Both the position numbers and the translations under genes were made by a program. Positions 1 through 9,474 of a stretch of 64,000 nt of DNA are shown piece by piece. Source of the stretch: an uncultured Rhodospirillaceae bacterium. Its GTDB lineage: Bacteria; Pseudomonadota; Alphaproteobacteria; CAAGCB01; CAG-977. Below the pieces are notes generated by a model, which worked only from the letters and a program-made list of their open reading frames with translations, did no database searches and had not been told where the DNA came from. Location of the stretch: NCBI GenBank assembly GCA_900553035.1, contig USCC01000002.1, positions 5,514-69,513 of the forward strand. The letters are read 5' to 3'. Positions within the stretch are counted from its first letter, which is position 1. Each line of letters begins with the position of its first letter.

Positions 1-465
1 CAGCTGATTGACGACTCGGACAGCCGGCATCAGGAAAATCGCGTCCAGTCTTTGTCCGAAATCACGCGCCGTCTGAAAATCATGGCCAAAGAGCTGGATA
101 TCCCGGTCGTCGTGCTGTCCCAGCTGAGCCGTCAGGTCGAATCCCGCGAAGATAAGCGGCCTCTTTTGTCCGACCTGCGTGAATCCGGGTCTATTGAACA
201 GGATGCGGATATCGTCATGTTCATCTTCCGCGAAATTTATTATCTGGAAAAAGAACAGCCGATTCCCCGTCCGGGCGAAACGGACGAAAAATTCAACACA
301 CGCGTCATCAAGTGGGAGGACCACAAGATTGCCGTTCAGAAAAAAGCCGAGTTGATTATTGCAAAACAACGCCACGGGCCGACGGCGACGGTTCCTCTGT
401 TTTTCGAAGCCGAATTCACGCGCTTCGGCAACTGGGCGGAAACCGGGGATTTTGAAAACGGCTGA
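1..465 (+). CDS. dnaB: Replicative DNA helicase DnaB, C-terminal part (5' end lies outside the window)
   Basis: Frame 1 is open from base 1. The sequence [13 protein letters not shown]...[23 protein letters not shown] matches the DnaB C-terminal RecA-like domain. Confidence 0.85.
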   Translation, partial: QLIDDSDSRHQENRVQSLSEITRRLKIMAKELDIPVVVLSQLSRQVESREDKRPLLSDLRESGSIEQDADIVMFIFREIYYLEKEQPIPRPGETDEKFNTRVIKWEDHKIAVQKKAELIIAKQRHGPTATVPLFFEAEFTRFGNWAETGDFENG

Positions 466-583
466 CCTTCTCACAGGGGCGGTGTTTGATCCTTAAAGCT
501 TTTAATTTAAGAGAAATTCAGGTAAAAAGAGAACCTTAAATTCAAGGTTTACGTTTTTGCTCTTTTGCCCTTTATTTCAGGGA

Positions 584-904
584 TTAAGGCACCTCCGCCC
601 GCGTTTCCATGTGACCGGGGATAATCCGGCCGTCAACATACCGGGGCGGAACATAAAGACTATCGGCCGGCGCCCTGTCGCGTAATGCAAAAATGGACAG
701 GGTAAGGAACATCAGAATCAATCCCGATACGGCCAGCGTATAGACCGGATACGGCTTTTCCTTTGGAACACGGTAGGCCGCCCGTCCGATCCGATAGATC
801 AGCAGCGGCAGAAACAGAGGCAGAAAAAACGAAAGGATTATTCTGAGCATAATTCCTCCAACCTGGTTCGAAAGGATTGCAGAATTCCGGCCGTGATCCC
901 CCAT
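584..904 (-). CDS. Small hypothetical membrane protein with two predicted TM helices; the start is uncertain and it overlaps the 3' end of the Nudix gene
   Basis: The ORF has hydrophobic segments (LRIILSFFLPLFLPLLIY and LAVSGLILMFLTLSIFAL). No family was recognised. Confidence 0.3.
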   Translation of the reverse strand: MGDHGRNSAILSNQVGGIMLRIILSFFLPLFLPLLIYRIGRAAYRVPKEKPYPVYTLAVSGLILMFLTLSIFALRDRAPADSLYVPPRYVDGRIIPGHMETRAEVP

Positions 905-1425
905 ACGCAGTAGTCCCGGTAAACAAGTGAATCCGTTTTCGTCGGCATACCGGTCACGGTGATGATGGGGCGGTAGGACCAGTTCCGCGAATCACATAAA
1001 AAAGAAAGCGGTATTTCAAATATTTCCTCGACTTCCCCGGGATTGGCGCGAAAATCGAACGGCGGGCGGACAACGGCGGCGACGGGAATGATGCCGTCGC
1101 CCATCGGCGTCACATACAGGGGCAGACAGCCAAGTACCCGCGCCCGTTTCACGTCCAGCCCGATTTCTTCTCGGGCTTCACGCAAAGCGGCCGCCACACA
1201 GGATTCGTCACTTTCCTCGATACGGCCGCCCGGAAGGGAAATCTGCCCCGCATGACGGGACAGACGGCCGGAACGGCGTGTCAGTAAAACCGTTGTTTCC
1301 CGCGCCCTTTCCAGAAGGGGGATCAAAACAGCGGCCGACGCCGCGGCGTCTTCTTTCCCGCACTCCGGGCCAAGGTTCGCTTCGTCGGTCTCCATCCGTT
1401 TTATGAACTTTTGAAAATCAAACAC
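838..1425 (-). CDS. Nudix hydrolase of the CoA pyrophosphatase (NudL-like) family
   Basis: It has a Nudix box (GGRIEESDESCVAAALREAREEIGL) and an LLTRRS...H.GQISLPGG motif typical of CoA pyrophosphatases. Confidence 0.75.
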   Translation of the reverse strand: MFDFQKFIKRMETDEANLGPECGKEDAAASAAVLIPLLERARETTVLLTRRSGRLSRHAGQISLPGGRIEESDESCVAAALREAREEIGLDVKRARVLGCLPLYVTPMGDGIIPVAAVVRPPFDFRANPGEVEEIFEIPLSFLCDSRNWSYRPIITVTGMPTKTDSLVYRDYCVWGITAGILQSFRTRLEELCSE

Positions 1426-1491
1426 TTGTCCGTTTTCTCCTTTAATTTTATCTTAGTCATTATTTCGTTCAAAAAGAAGACGGTTTTGCAT

Positions 1492-1986
1492 ATGGTCGCT
1501 CTTTTTCCCTGCCGGAACGACGAAACGGACGCCCGGCGCGCATTTAGCTGGCGCAACGATCCCGAAACGGTCGCTTCGTCCTATTTGCCGCGTCCGAAAA
1601 CCTGGGATTCCTTCTGGCTGGAATACTCGGAATGCTATTTCCGGGATTCCCGGTGCGGGCCTGTTTTCATTGCGGACGGAAACCGGGACGTCGGTTTTAT
1701 CCGTTTTGAACCTGTTTCCCTGCCCGAAGGAGAAGCGTTTGAAATCATGATCAACGTCGCCCCCGAATACCGCCGACGCGGAATCGGTACAGCGGCTTTG
1801 GACGTTGTCAAAAAAGCGCCGGCCTTCCGCGGTGCGTTCGCTCTTGTCGCCGATATCCGCAGGGAAAACACCGCGTCAATCCGCCTGTTTGAAAAAAGCG
1901 GTTTCCTTTTTTTCGGGGAAAGAAACGAATACATTGAAAAAATAAACGAAAATTGCCGGATTCTCTGCTATCGTTATATCTTGTAG
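1492..1986 (+). CDS. GNAT family N-acetyltransferase
   Basis: Contains the acetyl-CoA binding motif RRRGIGTAAL and an NTASIRLFEKSGF segment. The start is placed at the ATG at 1492, because the upstream in-frame segment looks non-coding. Confidence 0.7.
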   Translation: MVALFPCRNDETDARRAFSWRNDPETVASSYLPRPKTWDSFWLEYSECYFRDSRCGPVFIADGNRDVGFIRFEPVSLPEGEAFEIMINVAPEYRRRGIGTAALDVVKKAPAFRGAFALVADIRRENTASIRLFEKSGFLFFGERNEYIEKINENCRILCYRYIL

Positions 1987-2038
1987 ATATTTGTTAAGGT
2001 TTTTCGGGGATACTGAGTTCAGCGGAAATGAGGAAATT

Positions 2039-3163
2039 ATGAGCATCGGCCTTTACGTTATTCTGTGTTCCGGCGTATTCGTGCTGGGTCTCGCGCTGCT
2101 GGGCGCGTATTTTACCTTTGTCGAACGCAACAGTTTTCTTGAGATTTCCGACACCGTCAAAATCGGCGCGATGAAAAATGCCGGAGTGATTCAGGCCGTT
2201 CTGTTCGTCCTGACTTCCCTGGCTCTGTTTTTTCTGTCCGGCGATAAAAAATGGTTTGAGGAAAACAATTTCCTTACCCTGTGCGCTCTGATCGCCGGTT
2301 TCGGCGTGATCGGCCTGAATGCTTCGGAAAAAAAGATTTCGCTTGCGGCGGCGGCACTGCTTCAGCTGGCCGGTATCGCGGCGGCGGTTCTGCTGTTTCC
2401 GTCCGGAACGGTTTTTTTCCATATGGGCCTGCCCCCGGTTGTTGACAACGCGGCCGCCGTTGTCCTCTGGTTTGTTTATTTCCGCCTGCTGTTCGTTATG
2501 GATCGTCTGGAAGGGTTTACGCAGGAAAATTCGATCTGTGTCGGTACGGTGTGCTTCCTCGGGCTGTTCATCAGTGCGGAACTTCCGCCCGACTTCCTTC
2601 GCTTCGGCGGTCTGCTTCTGCCCGTGATGATGCCCCTGTTCCCTTTCTATTTTCTTGGTTGTCACCTGCCGATGAGAGGCGTTGCCCGCAACATTTTCTG
2701 TTTTTTCGTCGGCTGGGTTTCATTTTATCTGGCCTCAAAAGGCGCTTGGGGGGTGGGCGTTCTGCTGGCGGCCTATCCTCTGTTTGAGGGGATTGTCTTC
2801 ACCTGCCGCTTCCTTAAGGGACTGCTGACCAAAAATAAACCCGCCTTTCTGTTCGATACGCTTCTGAACCGGGGGATTGAACCGTTCACCGTCGTCAAGT
2901 TTATTTTCCGCCGCAACGTCATCATCTGTGCGCTGGCGCTTCTGAGCTTCTCGGCCTCGCTTCAGTATCAGCCCGTCATTCTGGCCGCGTTGTTCCTGCT
3001 GGACTTTTACATCCGCGTCGTTTCGCCGAGCCAGGGCACCCCGTCCCTGCGTTCCCTGTTCCGGGAAATGCGGGAAAACACCCGGAAGGAAATCAGCGAA
3101 ACGGGGAAGGCATTCAACGCAATCAAAGAAAAATATTCCGAAAAGAAAGACGATAAGGAGTAG
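2039..3163 (+). CDS. Polytopic integral membrane protein of unknown function (about 10 TM helices)
   Basis: The sequence is highly hydrophobic. A GAGGAA Shine-Dalgarno lies 6 nt before the ATG at 2039. No family was recognised. Confidence 0.6.
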   Translation: MSIGLYVILCSGVFVLGLALLGAYFTFVERNSFLEISDTVKIGAMKNAGVIQAVLFVLTSLALFFLSGDKKWFEENNFLTLCALIAGFGVIGLNASEKKISLAAAALLQLAGIAAAVLLFPSGTVFFHMGLPPVVDNAAAVVLWFVYFRLLFVMDRLEGFTQENSICVGTVCFLGLFISAELPPDFLRFGGLLLPVMMPLFPFYFLGCHLPMRGVARNIFCFFVGWVSFYLASKGAWGVGVLLAAYPLFEGIVFTCRFLKGLLTKNKPAFLFDTLLNRGIEPFTVVKFIFRRNVIICALALLSFSASLQYQPVILAALFLLDFYIRVVSPSQGTPSLRSLFREMRENTRKEISETGKAFNAIKEKYSEKKDDKE

Positions 3164-3174
3164 AAAGGCGTTTC

Positions 3175-4488
3175 ATGAAAAGTGCAGAGCTGATCACCCG
3201 TCATCTGGCTGTTGAAATTTTTTCGGCTGTCCTGCGCAAAGGCAAAAGTCTGGAAGAAGAATTCGCCGCCCGGATGGAAGCCCAGGACAAAAAGCAGCCT
3301 TTGGAGAACCGGGACCGCACGTTTGTGCGCCTTTTGGTGACGACGATGCTCCGCCGTCTGGGTCAGATTGACAATATTCTGGCCGGGTATCTGAAAAGAC
3401 CCTTGCCGGAGCGGGCGAATTACATCAAAGACGTCCTGCGTGTTTCAACGGCTCAGCTGGTTTTTCTCGACACACCGCCGCACGCGGCCGTATCGACGGG
3501 TGTATCGCTGGTAAAATCGTGGGGAATCGGCGGGTTTGCCGGACTTGCAAATGCCGTCCTGAGGCAGGTCGCCACCAACGGGAAACAGATCGCCGAACAC
3601 CAGAACGAAGCCGAACTTAATATGCCGCCGTGGTTGCTGCGCTCGTGGGAAAAGGCATACGGCAAGGAAACGGCCGGCCGCATCGCCGCCGCCGGTCTTC
3701 AGGAAGCGCCGCTGGATTTCTCTGTCAAAGACAATGCCGTCTACTGGGCTGAACAGCTTGAAGCCTCTGTCATGCCGACCGGGACGCTTCGCCGGATGAA
3801 ATCCGCCCTTGTCCCTTCCCTGCCGGGATTTGAAGAAGGGCAGTGGTGGGTTCAAGATCTGTCGGCCGCCCTTCCGGCCCGGCTTCTTCGCGATATTGAA
3901 GACCGCCGCGTTATTGATATCTGTGCCGCTCCGGGGGGGAAAACGGCTCAGCTGGCAACGGCCGGAGCCGACGTAACGGTTCTGGACATTTCGGCCAACC
4001 GCCTGAAAAAATTACAGGAAAACATGAACCGTCTCGGCCTGTCCGTCGAGGTGGTTACCGGCGACGCCCGGCGGTGGTGGGAAGAGGAAGGACATGACGG
4101 CGATCGTTTTGACGCCGTGCTTCTGGACGCCCCGTGTTCCGCGACCGGAACGCTGAGGCGGCATCCGGATGTCGTCTGGCACCGGACGCCCGAAGACGTG
4201 CGCCGTCTGAACAAAACACAGAGGGAACTGCTGGCGACGGCTTTGGACATGCTGGAACCCGATGGTGAAATGGTTTACTGCGTCTGCTCGCTTCTGCCCG
4301 AGGAGGGCGTCGGCATCGTTGACGATGCGATTCATCGGGGGCGAGCCGAACGCATTCCCGTAACGGCGCAGGAAATGCCGCCGGAAATGATTTCCGCACA
4401 GGGAGATCTGTGCATTTTCCCCTTCCTTTTTGAAGAATCCGGCGGATGCGACGGTTTTTACGCTGCCCGCCTGCGCCGCAAAGGATAA
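3175..4488 (+). CDS. rsmB: 16S rRNA (cytosine967-C5)-methyltransferase RsmB/Sun
   Basis: It has a NusB-like N-terminus and the SAM-MTase motifs DICAAPGGKT and DAPCSATGTLRRHPDV. Confidence 0.9.
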   Translation: MKSAELITRHLAVEIFSAVLRKGKSLEEEFAARMEAQDKKQPLENRDRTFVRLLVTTMLRRLGQIDNILAGYLKRPLPERANYIKDVLRVSTAQLVFLDTPPHAAVSTGVSLVKSWGIGGFAGLANAVLRQVATNGKQIAEHQNEAELNMPPWLLRSWEKAYGKETAGRIAAAGLQEAPLDFSVKDNAVYWAEQLEASVMPTGTLRRMKSALVPSLPGFEEGQWWVQDLSAALPARLLRDIEDRRVIDICAAPGGKTAQLATAGADVTVLDISANRLKKLQENMNRLGLSVEVVTGDARRWWEEEGHDGDRFDAVLLDAPCSATGTLRRHPDVVWHRTPEDVRRLNKTQRELLATALDMLEPDGEMVYCVCSLLPEEGVGIVDDAIHRGRAERIPVTAQEMPPEMISAQGDLCIFPFLFEESGGCDGFYAARLRRKG

Positions 4489-4492
4489 CCGT

Positions 4493-5626
4493 ATGGCCGA
4501 TCCCGTTACCGTTCTTTACCCTTTTATTGAAGAAGCTTTTTCACCCGAAACAGCTGATGCCGTCAATGAAATCCGGAAGATTTCTGCGGCAGGTGATGTT
4601 AAACCCGTGGTGATCGTGAACAGGCACGGCCGGACGACCGAACTTCTGCGCAAGGCACATCTGGCGTACTATGAACTCAAGGCGATTCACCTCATCTATC
4701 CGGGAGATTTTTATCCCGTGGCCCTGTACCGCCTGATTTTTTCAAGCCTGCCTTTGTTTCTGTTCATCAAAGGTCAAAAAATTGACGTCATCCACTTTTA
4801 CGGCATCATGCCCGCCCTGCTTTGGACCGGTGCGGCGCGTATGTTTCGGATTCCGTACGTGATTTCGCTGTACAACATTGAAAGGTATGCGAAATACGCC
4901 TCTCTGACGCTTGCGGACGCGTCGCGTCTGACCTGTCCGTCAGAGATGGTCATGGAACGTCTGCCGAACAAATACCGTTTCCGCGCCGAGGTTGTTCCGC
5001 CCGCCGTTTCCGTGCCGTTTATCCCGGAAAAACAGCTGGAAAAACGCCGACGCCAGTGGCTGACGGAACGCGGGCTTCCGGAAAAGGCTCTTCTGATGGC
5101 GGCGGAAACGGATCAAAGCGTTGATAATCTTTTTATCCTGGGCGAAAAGCTGGCTTCCGACCTGAAAACGCCAATCGTTTTTGTCACCGGAACGGAAGGC
5201 GAGCCAGTAACGGTCGGGCGCGTCACCGTTTTTCCGGCCGCTCCGGACGGTTTTGACGAAGCGCTGCCTCAGAGCCGTTTTTTTCTGGGGCTTGACGGCC
5301 GCCGGGCAACCTCTTCGGGAACAATGAAAGCCATGCTGGCGGGCGTCCCCGCAGCCGCGGTTGACGAAGGCGTGTATCCCGAAATCATTAAAAACGGAAA
5401 AACGGGCATCCTGTTTCCCTTTTCCGATCCGGGAAAGTGGGCTTCCCGTCTGGCGGAAGCTCTTTCATCCCCGGAGAAAACAGCCGAAACGGCGGCGACC
5501 GCCAAAACGGAAATGGATAAAACGGTACGGGACATCATTGCCCGCCGGCAGGAGTCGTACCGTTCCCCCCATCCGAAAAAATCAAGTACGGCAGGCGTCG
5601 GCCTGCTGAACGACGAAGGAGAATAG
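4493..5626 (+). CDS. Glycosyltransferase family 1 (GT4-like)
   Basis: The C-terminal GT-B fold carries the MLAGVPAAAVDEGVYPEII...GILF motif. AAGGA sits 9 nt upstream of the ATG at 4493. Confidence 0.65.
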   Translation: MADPVTVLYPFIEEAFSPETADAVNEIRKISAAGDVKPVVIVNRHGRTTELLRKAHLAYYELKAIHLIYPGDFYPVALYRLIFSSLPLFLFIKGQKIDVIHFYGIMPALLWTGAARMFRIPYVISLYNIERYAKYASLTLADASRLTCPSEMVMERLPNKYRFRAEVVPPAVSVPFIPEKQLEKRRRQWLTERGLPEKALLMAAETDQSVDNLFILGEKLASDLKTPIVFVTGTEGEPVTVGRVTVFPAAPDGFDEALPQSRFFLGLDGRRATSSGTMKAMLAGVPAAAVDEGVYPEIIKNGKTGILFPFSDPGKWASRLAEALSSPEKTAETAATAKTEMDKTVRDIIARRQESYRSPHPKKSSTAGVGLLNDEGE

Positions 5627-6162
5627 TGTTGAAACATCTTTTCATCATCCTTGCCCTGCTCTGTTCCTTTCCGGTACAGGCTCAGAATGTCATCAATGCG
5701 CGCAAAGTGGAACAGATCGGCGTGTTTGACGACTGGACAGCCTATATTTTCAAAGACAAAAAGGAAAAGGTCTGTTTCGTATCTTCCATGCCCTTTAAAT
5801 CCGCGGGCGAATACAACCGCCGCGGCGACGTGTTCCTGATGGTCTCGCACCGGCCCAAGGAAGAACTGTTTGACGTGCTGACGTTTGTGGCGGGATATAC
5901 GTACAAACCGCGTTCCGACGTTCTTCTGCGCGTCGGAAAGCTGAAAGCCGACCTGTTTACCAGCCAGGATACAGCCTGGTCGAAAAACCTGAGTACTGAC
6001 CGGGAAATCGCCGAAGCAATGAACCGGGGTGTCCGCGTCACCGTCAGAGGCACCAGCATTGAAGGCGTCGAAACGTACGATACCTTCTCGCTGAAAGGCT
6101 TCAACAATGCAATGGAAGCCATCAACCGCCTGTGCCGTCAGGACGCCGGAAAAAATGAATAG
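5626..6162 (+). CDS. ialB: Invasion-associated locus B (IalB) family periplasmic protein
   Basis: It has a signal peptide (LLCSFPVQAQ) and the IalB-like WTAYIFKDKKEKVCFVSSMP and VLLRVGK regions. It starts on GTG. Confidence 0.7.
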   Translation: MLKHLFIILALLCSFPVQAQNVINARKVEQIGVFDDWTAYIFKDKKEKVCFVSSMPFKSAGEYNRRGDVFLMVSHRPKEELFDVLTFVAGYTYKPRSDVLLRVGKLKADLFTSQDTAWSKNLSTDREIAEAMNRGVRVTVRGTSIEGVETYDTFSLKGFNNAMEAINRLCRQDAGKNE

Positions 6163-6265
6163 GATAAAATCGTTTCCCTCGCGAAAAAGAGATTTTGTAT
6201 CCGCCGGTTTAAAGTGCTATGCTGTTGCCAGATGGACAAAAGAATTTCAGAAAAGGCTTTAAAAC

Positions 6266-6727
6266 ATGACTGAAACGCCCACGGTTGACCCGGTACGTCA
6301 GGAATTCATCGACATGTACGAAGAAACGCTTGTCGATGCTCTTGAAGCCCGAAACGGCGAAGTTTCCGAGGATGAGGAACGCCTCCTGCGCATTGACGCG
6401 ATGGTGGACGTGGCCATGCGGGTTCGCAAGGATCTGGATCCTCTTCTGGCCACCAAACTGAAAAGCCTTGAGAATTTGAAGGACTACAAGCAGTACCTTT
6501 TGTCCGAATTCAAAATTTTCGGGTTCGTTTCACGTCATGCTTCGGCTCATGTTTTCGCCGAATACCTTCTGATGTCCGTCATGGATGAATTTGAAGCCGA
6601 AGACATCATTGATTTTTCATATCTGGGGGACGAACTGAACAAAGCCTATGCCAAGGCGTCGCCCGAATATCAGAACAGCCTGCGCGACCTGCGCCGTATT
6701 TTCCCGTGGGGATCACTGATTGATTAA
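6266..6727 (+). CDS. Hypothetical acidic protein
   Basis: A clean ORF followed by a strong intrinsic terminator. No family was recognised. Confidence 0.5.
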   Translation: MTETPTVDPVRQEFIDMYEETLVDALEARNGEVSEDEERLLRIDAMVDVAMRVRKDLDPLLATKLKSLENLKDYKQYLLSEFKIFGFVSRHASAHVFAEYLLMSVMDEFEAEDIIDFSYLGDELNKAYAKASPEYQNSLRDLRRIFPWGSLID

Positions 6728-6745
6728 AACGGGTTCGGAATTGAA

Positions 6746-6776
6746 ACCCCCGTTAAAAAACGGGGGTTTTTCATTT
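6746..6776 (+). terminator. Rho-independent terminator
   Basis: AAACCCCCGTT-loop-AACGGGGGTTTTT hairpin followed by a T-run. Confidence 0.7.
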
Positions 6777-6798
6777 TGAAAGCCTCTGCCGGAGATTT

Positions 6799-7566
6799 TC
6801 AGTCCGAAGCTTTTTTGGGAAGCCGCGTCAGAATAAATTCGGCCGCCGGTGCAGGAAGGCAGGCCGTCAGCCAGGCCGCCAGAGCCAGAGGCCACGGGAA
6901 CGTAATCCGGCCCCGGTTCTTTTCCAGACGGGCGGCAATGATGGCCGCGGCTTTCGGCGCCTGCATGAAAAACGGCATCGGGAATTTGTTTTTTGCCGTA
7001 ATCCGCGACGCGACAAAGCCCGGACAGACCACATTGATTTCAATCCCTTCAGGAGCCAGCCATCCGCGGAGCGCTTCCCCCCACGCCCGGACGGCGTTTT
7101 TGCTGCCCGAATATGCCGGAGCACTCGGCAGGCCGCGATAACCGGCCAAAGAACTGATCAAAGCGATCTGGCCGCGCCGCCGCGCTCTCATTTTCGCCAA
7201 AGCCGGAAGAACCGTATTCAGGACGCCGCCGACATTCACCGCAAAGATGCGCCGCGTCTGTTCTTCCGACTCGCCCATCCCGCCTGTTCCGGCGGATACG
7301 CCCGCATTCGCAATCACCAGATCCAGTCCGGCCATCTTATCGCACCGGGCAATCCAGTTGTCCATCACTGCGGCATCCGTAACGTCGGCCTTTTCCGCAA
7401 AAACCAGTGCGCCTTTGACCCGGCATTGCTCCGCTACGGCGTTCAGACGTTCCGTATTCCGCCCGCACAGGAAAAGCGTCCGTCCCGGAGCCGCATATTG
7501 CACGGCCAGAGCTTCGCCGATTCCGCTGGAAGCGCCCGTAATCAAAATATTTTTCGGATTTTTCAT
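6799..7566 (-). CDS. SDR family short-chain dehydrogenase/reductase
   Basis: Has the cofactor motif ILITGASSGIGEALA, the NAG motif and a YSGSK catalytic region. An ATG at 7566 is preferred over the upstream TTG. Confidence 0.85.
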   Translation of the reverse strand: MKNPKNILITGASSGIGEALAVQYAAPGRTLFLCGRNTERLNAVAEQCRVKGALVFAEKADVTDAAVMDNWIARCDKMAGLDLVIANAGVSAGTGGMGESEEQTRRIFAVNVGGVLNTVLPALAKMRARRRGQIALISSLAGYRGLPSAPAYSGSKNAVRAWGEALRGWLAPEGIEINVVCPGFVASRITAKNKFPMPFFMQAPKAAAIIAARLEKNRGRITFPWPLALAAWLTACLPAPAAEFILTRLPKKASD

Positions 7567-7640
7567 TTTTTTGTTTCCCTGTTTCAAGCAGTTTTAGGTA
7601 AGGTAATGCAAAGATTCATTGAAATAAAGGAACAAATACC

Positions 7641-8513
7641 ATGGAAAGTATGACCGGTTTCAGTTCCGTGTCAGGAAAACAGGGAATCTGCTGGACCTGG
7701 GTACTTCGGAGCGTCAACGGAAAATCGCTGGACGTCCGATGCCGCATGCCTCCGGGATTCGACGTTCTGGAACAAAACGCACGCGAAATCCTGCGAGAAA
7801 CATTCACGCGCGGGAACATTTCCGTTTCGCTGGAAACCAAGGCGGATGAGCAGAACTCTTCTCTGAAACTGAACGAACCGCTGCTGGACGAACTGTGCCG
7901 TACGGCGCTGGCATGGCAGGTTCGGTATCCGGAACTGCGGCCGGCTCGGCTGGATGGCCTGATGGGTATTCCCGGCGTTCTGAAAGCCGTCGCCGAAAAC
8001 GAAGAACAGGCCGCCCAGCGGCAAAAAGCCCTTCTGGAATCGTTTCGCGATGCCGTGCATTCTCTGGAGGAGGCACGGATGTCCGAAGGCGAAAAAATCG
8101 CCGTTTTCCTGAACCGCCATGTCGATAAAATCGAGGAACTGTGCCGAAAAGCCCGCGGCCTTGCTTCGGTGCAGCCGCAAAAAGTCAAGGAATGTCTCCT
8201 GTCGCAACTCGAATCCCTGAAAGAGGATACTTCTATCCCCGAAGAACGTTTCCTTCAGGAAGTGTCCATGTGCATGCTGCGTGTTGACGTCCGTGAGGAA
8301 CTCGACCGTCTGACGGCGCATGTCAAAACGGCGCGCGAACTGTTCACGGAAAAGGGAAGCATTGGTAAAAAGCTTGATTTTCTGTGCCAGGAACTTAACC
8401 GCGAAGCCAACACGCTCGCGTCGAAATCGTCGGATATCGAGCTGACGCGCGTGGCGATGGCACTGAAAACAGCCATTGATCAGTTAAGAGAACAAGTCCA
8501 AAATATCGAGTGA
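7641..8513 (+). CDS. yicC: YicC/YloC family stress-induced protein
   Basis: The N-terminus MTGFSSVSG...W.LRSVNGK and a C-terminal DUF1732-like region match YicC. It sits upstream of gmk, as in many bacteria. Confidence 0.85.
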   Translation: MESMTGFSSVSGKQGICWTWVLRSVNGKSLDVRCRMPPGFDVLEQNAREILRETFTRGNISVSLETKADEQNSSLKLNEPLLDELCRTALAWQVRYPELRPARLDGLMGIPGVLKAVAENEEQAAQRQKALLESFRDAVHSLEEARMSEGEKIAVFLNRHVDKIEELCRKARGLASVQPQKVKECLLSQLESLKEDTSIPEERFLQEVSMCMLRVDVREELDRLTAHVKTARELFTEKGSIGKKLDFLCQELNREANTLASKSSDIELTRVAMALKTAIDQLREQVQNIE

Positions 8514-8519
8514 GCAAAC

Positions 8520-9170
8520 ATGAGTACTTCTTTTCATATCAAACGGCGCGGTTTCATGCTGGTCCTGTCTTCACCGTCAGGCGCCGGGAAAACCGCAATT
8601 TCACGGCGAATTCTGGAAGATGAGGCCGAAATGTCGCTGTCAATTTCTGTCACAACGCGTCCTCCCCGCCCCGGGGAAATCAACGGGAGGGACTATTTTT
8701 TCGTAGACGTGCCGACCTTTGAAGGCATGGTTCAGCGCAATGAATTTCTCGAACACGCCCGGTTCTGCGGTAATTACTACGGCACCCCCCGCGAACCCGT
8801 CCGCAAGGCTCTGGAAGAAGGAAAGGACATTCTGTTCGATATTGACTGGCAGGGGACACAGCAGATTGCCGAAAACGCCCGCGAAGATCTGGTCAGCGTT
8901 TTTGTCCTTCCCCCCTCGATCGAGGAACTGGAGCGCCGTCTGTTTTCACGCGGTCAGGATTCCGAAGAGGTTGTCCGCCGCCGGATGTCCATTGCCGCCG
9001 CGGAAATGAGCCATTGGAATGAATACGATTATGTCATCGTCAATATCGATTTTGAAGAAAGCGTCCGCAACGTCCGCTCCATCATCCAGGCAGAGCGCCT
9101 GAAACGAGGGCGGCAGATCGGGCTGGCCAGTTTTGTGAACGGCATGCGGTCGGCGGAAGAAAGCAAATGA
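8520..9170 (+). CDS. gmk: Guanylate kinase
   Basis: It has the P-loop SSPSGAGKT and a guanylate kinase fold. Confidence 0.92.
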   Translation: MSTSFHIKRRGFMLVLSSPSGAGKTAISRRILEDEAEMSLSISVTTRPPRPGEINGRDYFFVDVPTFEGMVQRNEFLEHARFCGNYYGTPREPVRKALEEGKDILFDIDWQGTQQIAENAREDLVSVFVLPPSIEELERRLFSRGQDSEEVVRRRMSIAAAEMSHWNEYDYVIVNIDFEESVRNVRSIIQAERLKRGRQIGLASFVNGMRSAEESK

Positions 9171-9176
9171 CGCAAG

Positions 9177-9203
9177 AGGCCTTTTCAAGGCCTCTTTTTT
9201 TCT
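9177..9203 (+). terminator. Rho-independent terminator after gmk
   Basis: GAGGCCTT-ttc-AAGGCCTC hairpin followed by a T7 run. Confidence 0.75.
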
Positions 9204-9330
9204 TTTTTCCGCGTATGTTTTCCCCCCGGCGGTACGTTTTATCAATGAAACTCACAAAAAAATATTTTGGGGTGTTCAAACTTACAAGGCTTTCTTACGA
9301 AAGTCTCTTGCATTTTGGGGTGCTAAGGAA

Positions 9331-9380
9331 ACTTGGGAAGAGGAAAGAAACGGAAGCGTTTCTTACTCTTCCCCTTTTTT
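9331..9380 (+). terminator. Second hairpin plus T-run about 130 nt downstream of the gmk terminator
   Basis: GGGAAGAGGAAAGAAACG...CGTTTCTTACTCTTCCC imperfect inverted repeat followed by TTTTTTTT. Confidence 0.5.
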
Positions 9381-9474
9381 TCATAAATTTATTTTAAATA
9401 CCCCGCACATCCCCTTGACATCCGGCATATTTTAGACAAAAATATAAGTCATTTTTCAAAAATGGGAGATAAAA

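Noticed and set aside
851-870. tRNA-like GGTTCGAAAGG (T-loop-like) sequence
   Set aside because: It does not match the GGTTCGAATCC consensus, has no flanking acceptor or anticodon stems, and lies inside a coding region.
1635-2665. Minus-strand ORFs (99 and 223 aa) antisense to the GNAT gene and the polytopic membrane protein gene
   Set aside because: They are shadow ORFs in GC-rich coding DNA, with arginine-rich nonsense composition.
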